Of a stretch of 64,000 nucleotides of DNA, positions 41,283 through 51,306 are shown in pieces. The translations under genes and the position numbers were made by a program. The notes beneath the pieces are model-generated. The model ran no database searches. It saw nothing but the letters and a program-made list of their open reading frames with translations, and was not told the DNA's origin. Numbering within the stretch: the first letter of the stretch is position 1; each line of letters begins with the position of its first letter. Origin of the DNA: an uncultured Chloroflexia bacterium (GTDB taxonomy: Bacteria; Chloroflexota; Limnocylindria; Limnocylindrales; CSP1-4); assembly GCA_963835845.1 (NCBI GenBank), contig CAWIGT010000009.1:65808-129807 (forward strand), in the 5' to 3' direction.

Positions 41283-43027
41283 TGCACGGACCCCGGATCG
41301 GCGGTTTGAGCCGGGTCGCTCAGACCCGCCCTGACTATGGAGCGAGCCATCGTCTCCAGTGTCGACCGGGCCGTATCGAAAGTCGCCATCGATGTGGCTC
41401 CTCCCGGCCCGGTCCTGGGATCAAGCGGCGCCAGAAGGACGAGCCTTTCATAGCGGGTCTGGCCGCCGGCATCGTAGGGCCACTCCCACCAGAGGATCGA
41501 CCAGTCGGTGCCCGCGATCGGGTTGCGGTAGCTGGCGACCTTGGCCCGCACCCCGGCTCCGACGTCCGACGAGCCGAGCGAAACCTGGCTGAAGCCGTGG
41601 AAGTTGTAGCAAGACTCGACGTCGTAGGAACCGAGGCTGCCCGGATCGTCCGTACGGATCACGTCCAGGTATACCGCCGAGGGGCCGGATCCCTGCGGCT
41701 CCACGGCAGTGAAGGCGACTCTGTCCCAGGTGCCGTGCGACCCGAAGTACGAGGTGGCCTGGCCGTAAGGGATCGACGGCGCCGCCTGCCATCCGGCGAC
41801 CGCGACGACATTCGGGTCGATCGCGCCGAGCGTCGGGTTGCCGAAGGCATCGACGAGCGAATCGTAATGGGCGAAACCAGCATCGGAGACCGCCAGCACC
41901 AGAGCCAGGGATAGGACCGCAGCCACGGGCAAGGCCATTCGCAGCCGGGTGAACCGCTGGCGGCGCATCGCCGATCTTGGCGCGAGATTCGGAGCGGAAG
42001 CCGAAGCGGCAGCGGGCGTCGGGGTGGGTGCCGGCATCCGAACGGGCGGCGGCGTGGCGGCGGGAGCCTCCTCGTGCGACGGCGACTCCGGAATGCGCAG
42101 GCCGAAGAACGGGGCGATGCCGAGCATCGCCAGCGCCCCGATGCCGAAGACCACGATCCCCGCGACCGGGTGGAGCACGTCGATGGCGAACGATTCGCCC
42201 AGCCCCCAGCCGGCCAGGAAGATCAGGTCGATGCGGGCCACGTTCAGCGCACCCACGACGAGGAGGCCGACCGCGAGCCACAGCACGCGGCGGAAGAAAC
42301 CGCCGCTGAAGATCGTATTCAGCGCTCCTCCGAGGATGATGAAGCCAACCAGGCTGTTGATGCCGCTACAGGCGGAACCGACCGCCAGGCTGAACTGGTC
42401 GCTGCCGTGTGTGATCAGGAAGTTGCCATCGCCGAGCGGCTGCGCCACCGGGATCAGGCGTAGGGAGACGCCGACTGCGGCCAGCGCCACATCGGTGGAC
42501 GTGCCTATGGCCGCCGCCAGAAAAGTGACGTAAGGGTCCGGCCAGGCGAGCAGCAGGAATAGCACCGCCCAGCGGAGAGCCCAGAGACGGCGCAGGCCGT
42601 ACAGAAGGGAAACGAGGCCTGCCACGAAGAAGGGCAGCCCGAGCATGTCGAGGCGGTGAAGCCAGAAGTCCGCCGAGTAGGAGGACGGGAGCAGCAAGTC
42701 GATCGAGGCTGCGACACCGATCAGGATGAGTCCGATGATCCAATCGAGCTGGCGGTCGTGAATTGGCCGCAGCCGTGGCTGAAGGCGGAAGTTGAGGGCG
42801 CCGAGGATCAGGGCGATGGGCGGCACCAGAGCCAGATATGCCAGAGGTGTCTGGAGGCTCAGGCCGCTCAGCAGAGTCTGAAGGGAGTAGTTGTAGGCCA
42901 GGCCCACCGAGATCACGAGCGCGAGGCCGCGGACGGGCAGCCTGTCCAGAAGCCCACGCAGGTTCTGATTCACTGGAGTCGAGGCCAGCTCCACCGCGGG
43001 ATTGCCGGCCGGTTTCGCGAGTTCCAA
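41279..43027 (-). CDS. Exosortase/archaeosortase-family transpeptidase fused to a C-terminal EpsI-like domain
   Basis: Multi-TM N-terminal part with the family triad contexts:
- AVGSACSGINSLVGF (Cys220, nt 42368-42370).
- GALNVARIDLIF (Arg265).
- AIDVLHPVAGIVVFG (His286).

Then a Pro/Ala linker, one TM (MALPVAAVLSLALVLAV) and a domain of about 200 aa with an EpsI-like SYDVESCYNFHGF segment. The start is TTG 43027, with AAGGGGG 5 nt upstream. Confidence 0.85.
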   Translation of the reverse strand: MELAKPAGNPAVELASTPVNQNLRGLLDRLPVRGLALVISVGLAYNYSLQTLLSGLSLQTPLAYLALVPPIALILGALNFRLQPRLRPIHDRQLDWIIGLILIGVAASIDLLLPSSYSADFWLHRLDMLGLPFFVAGLVSLLYGLRRLWALRWAVLFLLLAWPDPYVTFLAAAIGTSTDVALAAVGVSLRLIPVAQPLGDGNFLITHGSDQFSLAVGSACSGINSLVGFIILGGALNTIFSGGFFRRVLWLAVGLLVVGALNVARIDLIFLAGWGLGESFAIDVLHPVAGIVVFGIGALAMLGIAPFFGLRIPESPSHEEAPAATPPPVRMPAPTPTPAAASASAPNLAPRSAMRRQRFTRLRMALPVAAVLSLALVLAVSDAGFAHYDSLVDAFGNPTLGAIDPNVVAVAGWQAAPSIPYGQATSYFGSHGTWDRVAFTAVEPQGSGPSAVYLDVIRTDDPGSLGSYDVESCYNFHGFSQVSLGSSDVGAGVRAKVASYRNPIAGTDWSILWWEWPYDAGGQTRYERLVLLAPLDPRTGPGGATSMATFDTARSTLETMARSIVRAGLSDPAQTADPGSVQ

Positions 43028-43146
43028 AGACGCCCCCTTGGCTGTCAGGCAGGATCGGGGCCGGGCTCCGGGGCGGCGTTCAGCCGGCCCGGCGCCCGAC
43101 CGCGAAGGCGTTCACGCGAGCCGGCGGGGAACGCCGGCGCGAGTGG

Positions 43147-43641
43147 CTAGAAGATTCGGTGCAGCTGTGGCAGCGGCAGTCGGATCCTGGTAACGCGGAG
43201 ACCGACCAGGGCGAAGGCCGGGGCCGCTCCGATCAGCAGGAGCGACGACGCCGGCGCCTCTGGGACGCGGTGCCCGCATTCGTCCTTGTTGAGGTCTCGA
43301 GACTGGGTGCCGTCCCCGACCACCCGGAAGAATTTGTCCTTGTCGAAGCTCTGCTGGCCGGGGAACCAGAAGGAGTAATCCGTCTGGCCTCGGACCACGT
43401 CCAGCGTCTTGAACTGGCCGCTGTTCTGCCAGTTCTGTCCGTCCGGACTCACGTAGAGCGTCAGGACGACCCTTCCCTGTGTGCCGTCGGGAACGAGGTA
43501 ATTGCCGTGGACCTCGACGTGTGAGTAGGGGTTGAGAGTCCCCCACACGGTTATCGAATGGCCGCTACTGGCAAAAACCGGGGCGATACTCGCCACGGCC
43601 ATAGCGAGCGCTAGCAATGAGGCGGACGCGAGTCTTCGCAC
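43147..43641 (-). CDS. Small secreted protein with a PEP-CTERM-like 'VPEAP' C-terminal sorting signal (candidate exosortase substrate)
   Basis: - GTG start with AGGAGGAG immediately upstream.
- Signal peptide MRRLASASLLALAMAVASIAPVFA|SS.
- Beta-rich body.
- C-terminus VPEAP-ASSLLLIGAAPAFALVGL-RVTRIR (nt 43180-43266), that is motif + TM helix + Arg cluster. Confidence 0.7.
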   Translation of the reverse strand: MRRLASASLLALAMAVASIAPVFASSGHSITVWGTLNPYSHVEVHGNYLVPDGTQGRVVLTLYVSPDGQNWQNSGQFKTLDVVRGQTDYSFWFPGQQSFDKDKFFRVVGDGTQSRDLNKDECGHRVPEAPASSLLLIGAAPAFALVGLRVTRIRLPLPQLHRIF

Positions 43642-43829
43642 TACTCCTCCTGTTTGCGGATCCAGCCGTCCATGTGCTGGTGCTCTGTCGAGGCCCCTCG
43701 GTCCCGCCTCCGGGGTGCCTGGATACGTCTGCGGTTTCGCTGCGGAGATGCCGCTTGGTTGGTTGCTGCTTCCGCTTTTCCATCCTTTCCAGACCGTCCG
43801 GTCTTGAATGCATTGGCCAATTCGTGTCG

Positions 43830-46057
43830 CTACGGCCCTGGACTGAAGATGACGTTGTCGAAGGTCGCGGTCCCGAGCGCGCCGGGTTTATGCGAGCACT
43901 CGAAAATGCCGACGGTCGCCGCCGCCGGGATCGTCGGCAGGGACCTGGTAATAACCGCCGCCCATACAACGCCGTCCGGCGAGACGGAAGCGGTGAAGGT
44001 GTTACCCGAGCGGACGAGTCTCATCCAGGCGTTCGGATAGCTGAATGTGCCCGCACCCACTGATCCGCTGAAGCTGTACTGGACCTTGACGACGCCCTGG
44101 TACGAGGCGGCAATCAAGATGTAGTCCGAACCGGCGGCGATCGACGCCTTCCAGATCACGCCGGCCTTGTCGTTCGTGCTGCCGGCGTTGGTCTCGCCGG
44201 TGACGCGCGCGACGATCGTTCCATTGCCGCCGGTCGGTTGGTAGACGTAGCGGAACTGGTCGCTGGAGCCGAAGATGTCGGCGCCCGATCCCGCAACGGA
44301 GAACGTGCCGGCCGAGTAGCCGGCCGACCCGGCGGGCAGGGGCGAGCCCACGTCGGTGTCCAGCCAGGGCGACGGCAGGCCGCTACCCGACGTGGGCGCG
44401 GCCGTGAGCGCGGCCGTGGCCGTCGCCGTCGGCGCCGGGCTGGCGGTCGGCGCAGGGCTGGCGGTCGGGCCGGTCGTCGGCGTCGGTGCCGGCGTGGGGC
44501 TTGACGCAGCCACGGGACTCGGGCTCGGGGCGGTCGCTCCCCCGCCGGTCAGGACGAGGTCGTCGAAGGTGGCCTCGCCCGCGGCCGTCAAGGTGTGAGA
44601 CGTGACCGCCATGCCGGCCAGGACGGCGCCGCCGACGGCGAACGTAGCGGCCCCGCCCGAGATCGGCGTCCACGTGGTCCCGTCGGGAGAAGTAGAGGCC
44701 TCGACGGACGACCCGCTGCGATCCAGGCGCAGGTAGATCGGTGCGGCGCCCGCCGGCATGGCCATGTTCACAACCTGGGCGCCGAAGCTCGGGCGCTCCA
44801 TGACCCAGACGCCGGCCCGGGGCGTAGCCAGGACGGCGACGAACGCCGATGCCGGATCCACGCTCTGGCGGAACATCAGCCCCGCTCGCGCCCGGCTGTT
44901 GGTCCTGGTCTGGCTCACGACCCGGGCCGAAATCGTCGCGTCGCCGACGACAGGCTGGGAAACGAAGTGGAACTGGTCGGTGGTGCCGCCGATGTCGCGA
45001 CCCGACCCGGTTATCGTCCACAGGCCGCCGGCAGACGAGTCACTGCCGGCGATGGGCGGCGAGCCGATGTCGGCCCCGAACCAGGTCGGTCCGGATCCGC
45101 CCCAGGTCACCATCGATTGCGTGGCGAACGTGCCGACGGTAGTCACGGAGGCGGAGACGACGTCCGTGCCGGCAGCGGCATCTGAAAAGTGGAAGTCCAC
45201 CCGACCGGCCGCGTCGGTCACGCCGTTACCCGACAGTCCGGCGTTCGGTCCCGAAGTGACCGAGAACGCAATCGGGACTCCGGGCAGGGCGTTTCCACCG
45301 CCATCCACAAGCGCGGCGGTCTCGGTGACGGCGCCGCCGGTTGGCTCGGAAACGGCTCCCGGAGTCAGGCTGAGCGTTGCGGAGCTCGAACCGGGGGCGC
45401 CGATGGGACGCCACTGGATCGATTCGTTCTTGCTGCCGCCCGTGCCGCAGAAGCCCTGGTCGATGCCGCCCGTGTCGAGGACATGGGTGCTGTCGGCGAG
45501 CGTCGTCGCCACTCCCGCGACGGTTATCCTGACGGTCGGGGCGACAGTTATCGGTGTACAGACGTTGCCCGGATAGCCGCTGGTGTCGAAGTCGTCGGAG
45601 CTTGCCCTATCTCCTGGGGATTCTCCGTGAGAATGACGCTCCCGCCGGCCGGTACCGAGAACGACCCCCACAAGTCGAAGACCTTGCCGCCGGGAATGGA
45701 CGAGTGGACGTCGACGGTCACGTCAGAGACCGCGACGGCGCTTGGAGTCGGATTGTCCAGGCGTATGGCGCCCGCGTCGAAACAGCTCGGCAGCGAGCCG
45801 CACTGCGTCTGGCCGACCACCGGTCCGCCCAGGAATACGACGTTGGGCGAACCCTGCCAGGGCACGGGGAAGTTGGCCGGGTTGGGATTGTTGGTCTCCT
45901 TGTCTTCGGCATAGCCGACCGAGACCAGCAGGCCACCCGGTCCGGTTCCGGCCGCGAAGGCCGGCCCGGCGCCGGCCCCCACGGTCAGGAACGCCTGCGC
46001 GGTCAGGGCCAGGGCCAGCACCGAACGCGCCAGCAGGCTGGTAGAGGGGCGCTTCAT
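43830..46057 (-). CDS. Secreted multidomain protein: N-terminal unknown domain, Big_1-like Ig domain, 2 ConA/LamG-like modules (one frameshift)
   Basis: The start MKRPSTSLLARSVLALALTAQAFL (ATG 46057) lies in the frame of ORF 45548..46600. The frame switches at the C4/G4 run at about 45613-45620 into ORF 43830..45671 (..VILTENP|GDRASSDDFDTSG..). Ig-like segment: ALVDGGGNALPGVPIAFSVTSGPNAGLSGNGVTDAAGRVDF. Modules lie at about 44547-45089 and 43833-44381. Confidence 0.75.
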
Positions 46058-46059
46058 GG

Positions 46060-49000
46060 TCACGGTCCCGGCGTGAAGCTGACGTTGTCGAAGGTCGCGG
46101 TTCCCAGGGAGCCGGACTTGTGCGAGCACTCGAATAGACCGACCGTGGCGGCGGTGGGGATCGTCGTCAGGCTCTTGTTGAGCAGCACCGCAGTCCAGGT
46201 CGCGCCGTCGGCGCTTACGTAGGCGCTGAAGAGGCTGCCCGACCGGACCAGCTTCAGCCACAGGTTCGGGTAAGTGAACGTCGAGCTGGTGACGCTGCCG
46301 TTGAAGTTGTACTGGACCTTCACGACGCCCTGATACGAAGCGCCGATCAGGATGTACGGCGAACCGGCCACCGTCGAAGCCTTCCAGATGACCCCGGCCT
46401 TGTCGTTGGTGCTGCCGGCGTTCGTTTCGGAAGTGACCCGGGCGACGATGGTTCCGTTTCCGCTGGTCGGCTGGTACAGGTAGTTGAACTGGTCGTTGGT
46501 CCCGAAGATGTCCGCCCCGGAGCCGTTCACGGTGAAGACGCCGCCCGCAACGGAGGCGGAGCCGGCCGGCGCCGGCGCCCCGACGTCCGTATCGAGCCAC
46601 GGCGAGGGCAGTCCGCCGGCCGCGGACACGGTGAGCGTGACTGTGGTGCTGTGGGCCGCGGTCGAAGACGTGCCGGTGACCGTGATCGGGTAGGACCCTG
46701 GCGCAGTCGAGGCCCCGACGTTGAGCGTGAGGGCCGACGACGTACCCGTCGTCACCGACGTCGGGCTGAAGCCCACGGTCACGCCCGACGGCATGCCCGA
46801 CGCCGACAGGTCGACGGTCTGCGGGCTGCCCGACACGACCGCCGTGCCGACGCTTGTCGACCCCGCTGCCCCGGCGGTCACCGGGATTACCGTCGGATTC
46901 GCCGAAATCGAGAAGTCATCTGGTGGGAGCGCGACCGAGCCGCTGACCGACACGTTGTCGAAGCCGACACTGCTGAGCTGGCCAACGTCGTGCGACGTCG
47001 CGAACAACCCCACTGTGGCCGTGCTGGCCATGGTCACGGTCCTGCTGCCGATCTTGCTCCAGGTGGCGCCGTCGAGAGACTGATAGGCCGTGAACGTATT
47101 GCCGACCCGCTGCAGCTTCAGCCACTTGTTGGGATAGAAGTAGTTGGGGAGTGGCGACGCCGGCTGGACGGACCCGCTCGGCGAATACTGCTCGCGGACG
47201 CCGTTGCCCACGGCCGGGTCCACCGGCGGCAGAGGAGCCGCACAGCCGTTGACAGTGCAACTCACGCCGTTGATGTTCGGGGTGGAGGAGCTGACGTCGG
47301 GCGACACCAGGGCGTCCACCCAGGGGGCTCCTGAGACGGCGGACTCCTTGAACATCACCCCGGCCTTGGCCCAGGCATCCGAGTTGGTCTGGTAAAGGAC
47401 GCGAGCCACGATGGTGCCGTCGCCTGTGAGGGTCTGGTACACGTAGTGGAACTGGTCCTTCGTGCCGTATATGTCCGAGCCGGAGCCGTCGATGTAGAAG
47501 GCGCCGTCGGAGGCCGCATACCGGGCCGTGCCGGCGGTGATCGGGCTACCGATGTCGACGCTCGACCAGCCGACCGGCACGGCGCTGTTCACCGGGTCGA
47601 GCACCGTGGTGAAGGTTTGTGGCGAGGCAGTGCTCGTGAACCGATTCGACTGACCGGCCGTACCGCCGGACCAGCTGTGGAGCCTGTACTCCACGCCGCC
47701 GACGGTCTGCCCGGGCAGACCCATCAGGAGATGCGTGACGCCGACCACATCCTGCTGCGTGTACGGCGCGGCCTGAAGCGTTCCGTCGACCACGACCAGC
47801 GATCCGGGTACGTTGGTCCCGACCGTCCAGCTCGTGGTGTTCGGATGGATGTCACGGGTGACGGTGGTCTGGGCGCCGGCCGAGTCCCTCACCGTCATCG
47901 TGATCCGGTAGAAGGTCGAGGGCGTATTGCTCGGGTCGATGGGGATCTGGAACGTGCCGCTCTGGACCCCCGACGCCGAGAAGAACGGTCCGGGCACCTC
48001 GTTGACGTAGAAGGGCTTGGCGACGCCGCTCTCGTAGAAGTCGACCGTCCAGTTGTAGGCGCTGGCAGGCAGCGTGCCGTCCTGCGCGTCGGTCGCGGAG
48101 CCGGAGAACGAGATGGTCTGGCCGGCGTCGTAGGTGCCCGCCGACGGCGACGTGATGGCGGCAATCGGAGGCGCCACCCCCACTCGGACGGTCGATCGTC
48201 GCGCTCGCGGTGCCTCCCGAACTCGCCACCGTCAGCGTCGGCGGTGTAGGTCCCGTTCGTGGTGTACGTGTGACTCGGGTTCGCGGCGGTCGACGGGGCC
48301 GACCCGTCGCCGAAGTCCCAGCTGTAGCCGAGCGCTGCGCCGGTCGGATCGGACGACCCGGCCGACGAGAACTGGACCGTCAGCGGCGCCTGCCCGGCGG
48401 TCGGCGTGGACGTCGCGTTGGCCGTCGGCGCGAACGGGCCCGTCGGATAGATCTCCCAGAACGAGCCCTCGTAGATGCCGACGTAGTAGAGATTTCCGTC
48501 GGGCCCTTCCTGGAGGTCGGCGACCGTGCCGGCGGCGCTGTCGAAGACCGTCTGCGAGATCTCGGTCGTGTAGGTCGGGTCGAACTTGACGGCCTCGATG
48601 TCCTGGCGGACGTAGTCGCCGAAGAACACCGTGTCGGAGTAGGTCGAGGGGAACACCGAGCCGGTGTAGGCGGCCAGGGCGGAGGTGGCGCTGTCGGTCG
48701 GAATGTGGCCGTAGGCATACGTCGGGTTGATGTACCCGCAGGTGAAGCAGTTGCCCTCGTAGTAGTCCCAGCCGTAGTTGCCGCCCCGCTGGATAGTGTC
48801 GAGCTCTTCCCAGTAGCTCGAGCCTGTGTCCTCCGTCATGGCCTTGCCGTTGGGCAGGAACGTGAACCGGAACGGGTTGCGCAGCCCGTAGGCGTAGATC
48901 GAGGGCACGGCACCGGAGACGTTGACGAACGGGTTGTCGGCCGGAATTGTGCCGTCCAGGTTGATCCGCAGGATCTTGCCGTAGATGTTGTTGAGGGTGT

Positions 49001-49559
49001 GGCCGTTGCTGATCGACGGGTCGTTGTCACCCATGCCGATCCAGAGCTTGCCGTCGGGCCCAACGTGGATGTCGTTGACGCCGTGGTGGGCGGACTGCAA
49101 CTCATCGCCACGGACCAGGACCTTCTCGCTGGCCGGGCTTGCGGTCGTGCCCCCACCTGTGACCGTGAAGCGCGAGACCTGCGCGTGCAGGTCGGCCGTG
49201 CTGTAGTCCACGTAGATGTAGCCGTTGGTGGAGAAGTTGGGATCCAGAGCCAGCCCCAGGATGCCGGCTTCCGTTCCCTGGTCGACCGTGAGACTCAGCA
49301 CGGGCGTGCTCAGGACGGAGCCGCCCCGGTACAGAACGATTCCGATGAACTGCTCGGCGATGTAGATGTCGCCGTTGGGCGCGAACACGAAGGCGGTTGG
49401 CTTCTTGAGCCCGTGGGCCAGTTGCACCTTGGCGAAGCCGGCGGGCAAGTCCGGGAAGGCGGCGTTGGCGGCGGCTGTGACCGGAATCGGCGCGGGACCC
49501 GAGAGAATCGCCGCGGCCGCGAGAACGACCGCGGCCGCGAGCCGCACAAGACGGCTCAT
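46060..49559 (-). CDS. Secreted PQQ-dependent sugar dehydrogenase (SGDH beta-propeller)-PKD-Ig-ConA/LamG-like x2 fusion protein (two frameshifts)
   Basis: - Signal MSRLVRLAAAVVLAAAAIL (ATG 49559; alternative start 49643).
- SGDH motifs LGLALDPNFSTNGYIYVDYS, GLRNPFRFTF.
- PKD: LTVQFSSAGSSDP..YSWDFGDGS..HTYTTNGTYTA.
- 1-bp shifts at about 48236-48241 and 48187-48192 link ORF 47895..49643, via 47852..48229, to 46060..48183.
- Modules lie at about 46939-47577 and 46063-46611, with an Ig-like domain at 46627-46923. Confidence 0.8.
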
Positions 49560-50046
49560 GGGCCGGTCGGCTACGCCACGCAACGGATGGTCGGTCGAGG
49601 GGCGGCGGGTACGCGCGGCCAGGGCCGCAGGCATGGGACGCATGGAACCCCCTGTGGTCGTTAGCGGGACACCTGAGGGAAGGGAACCGGTTCGAATGCT
49701 CGGCGCGGGCTTTGTTGGTGCCCCCGGCGGGCCGCGGTCCTACCCAGACCTGCGGCCGGCCGGACGACCCCATTCGGGATCAGGACGAGTGCTGAGTCGA
49801 GTGATTTCGAATCGATGAGAGCAGGCGATGCGCCCCATTGCGGGCCTTCGGTTAACTGCCCTTAACCTTCGGCTGCGGGAGCAACAGGAGTATCCAAATC
49901 CTTCGTTAACTACTGTTACTTTGGCCGGCCACCGAGACAACCGTTTCACCAGCCGATGAGCCGACGGGCTGGCAATACCCGGATGGGTAGGTATCAGGTA
50001 GGCCGGTCGCGGAGGTCGCCCACCCGTTGCGGCCTGGGAGCCGGCC

Positions 50047-51306
50047 TCAGGGGCAGAGTGCCGGGTCGGGTGCGGGCGAGGCGCCGGTCAGGGACCTGGA
50101 ACCGTTGGCCACCACCACCGACCAGGCTGCCGGCGTCGAGGGATTGACTTCGAAGCTGGTAGGGCCCATCTGGCAGCCCATGTTCCAGAAGATGAAGCCA
50201 GCGAAACCTAGCGAATCCCCGGTGCCGTACACGGATTCGAAGAAGGCGGCGCGTCCGACCGACAGGCCGTTGTAGGCGGAGCCTCCGGCGAAGGCGGCGT
50301 CACCGTAGCCCTGAGGCATGCCGAACTCCTCGTCGAGCACGGGCTTGCCGACACTCCGGCCGTACGCCGCGATCGCGGGCATAAGGTTGAGGTCGTGCTG
50401 CGAGTACGTCTTGACGCCCACGACGTCGTTGTCCGGCAGCGCGTCGATCGCCTGCCACCAACCCAGCTCCGGGTGGTCCTCCATGTGGTTGAAGCCGCCG
50501 ACCGTGATCAGGTGGTTCGGATCGGCCTGGCGAAGGCTGGCGCTCGTCTTGCGGTAGAAGTCGAGGAGCGACTGGGCCTGCGCCTGGCTGGTCGGCGGGC
50601 TCGGTTCTCCGACGATCGAGTAGAGCGCGACGCCGGGTTGATCACGATACCTGGCCGCCACGGAGTCGATGAAGCTCGTCCACAGGTCCGGGTTCGACGC
50701 GTCCTTGTGTTGGCTCATCAACAGCCACTTGTAGGCGGAAAGGTCGATGACGACGAAGATGCCTCGAGTTCGGGCGGCCCGGACCAGGTAATCCATGTTC
50801 GCCCAGACGATCGGATCGTCGGCCGACTGGCCGGTGGCGTTGGGGTCCCACTGGTCGGTCGCCCGGATGAGGTTCTGCCCGGCCGCGACCCCCATGTCCA
50901 GGACGTGGTCGATGTAGCTGAGAAAGCTCGGATCGTGCCACGCCCGGGCGCCGCCCAGCAACGCGGGATAGAACGTGAAGCCGGTCAGCCGTACCGGCCG
51001 GCCTTCACAGGTGAAGCTGGCACCGTTCGTCGCCAGAAACGGCCCCGTGGGGCCCGCCGCCAGACATGGAGCCGCGGCGGCCGAGGCCGAGATCGGCGTT
51101 GCCGTCGGCGTGGCCGTCGGCGTGGGAACAGGATCGCGAGTTGCCGTCGACGCCGCTCCGGGGCCCGGAGCGAACTCTGAGGCGGAACCGGCGGGTCGTG
51201 GAGCCGACCCGGCAGCCACGCCTGAGCCGCTGCAGGCGCCGGCAACCAGGCCGATGAGCAGAACCCACGAGAGGCCCCGCCGGCCGACGGCGCGGGAAGC
51301 CGTCAT
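50047..51306 (-). CDS. Clan GH-A (GH5-like, mannanase/cellulase-type) glycoside hydrolase lipoprotein
   Basis: Signal plus lipobox LLIGLVAGACSG and a Thr/Pro linker. Catalytic-type motifs YSIVGEP (acid/base Glu) and VLDEEFG (nucleophile Glu). ATG 51306 overlaps the stop of the upstream giant gene (ATGA). The remainder of track ORF 50047..53856 is out-of-frame overlap. Confidence 0.8.
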   Translation of the reverse strand: MTASRAVGRRGLSWVLLIGLVAGACSGSGVAAGSAPRPAGSASEFAPGPGAASTATRDPVPTPTATPTATPISASAAAAPCLAAGPTGPFLATNGASFTCEGRPVRLTGFTFYPALLGGARAWHDPSFLSYIDHVLDMGVAAGQNLIRATDQWDPNATGQSADDPIVWANMDYLVRAARTRGIFVVIDLSAYKWLLMSQHKDASNPDLWTSFIDSVAARYRDQPGVALYSIVGEPSPPTSQAQAQSLLDFYRKTSASLRQADPNHLITVGGFNHMEDHPELGWWQAIDALPDNDVVGVKTYSQHDLNLMPAIAAYGRSVGKPVLDEEFGMPQGYGDAAFAGGSAYNGLSVGRAAFFESVYGTGDSLGFAGFIFWNMGCQMGPTSFEVNPSTPAAWSVVVANGSRSLTGASPAPDPALCP

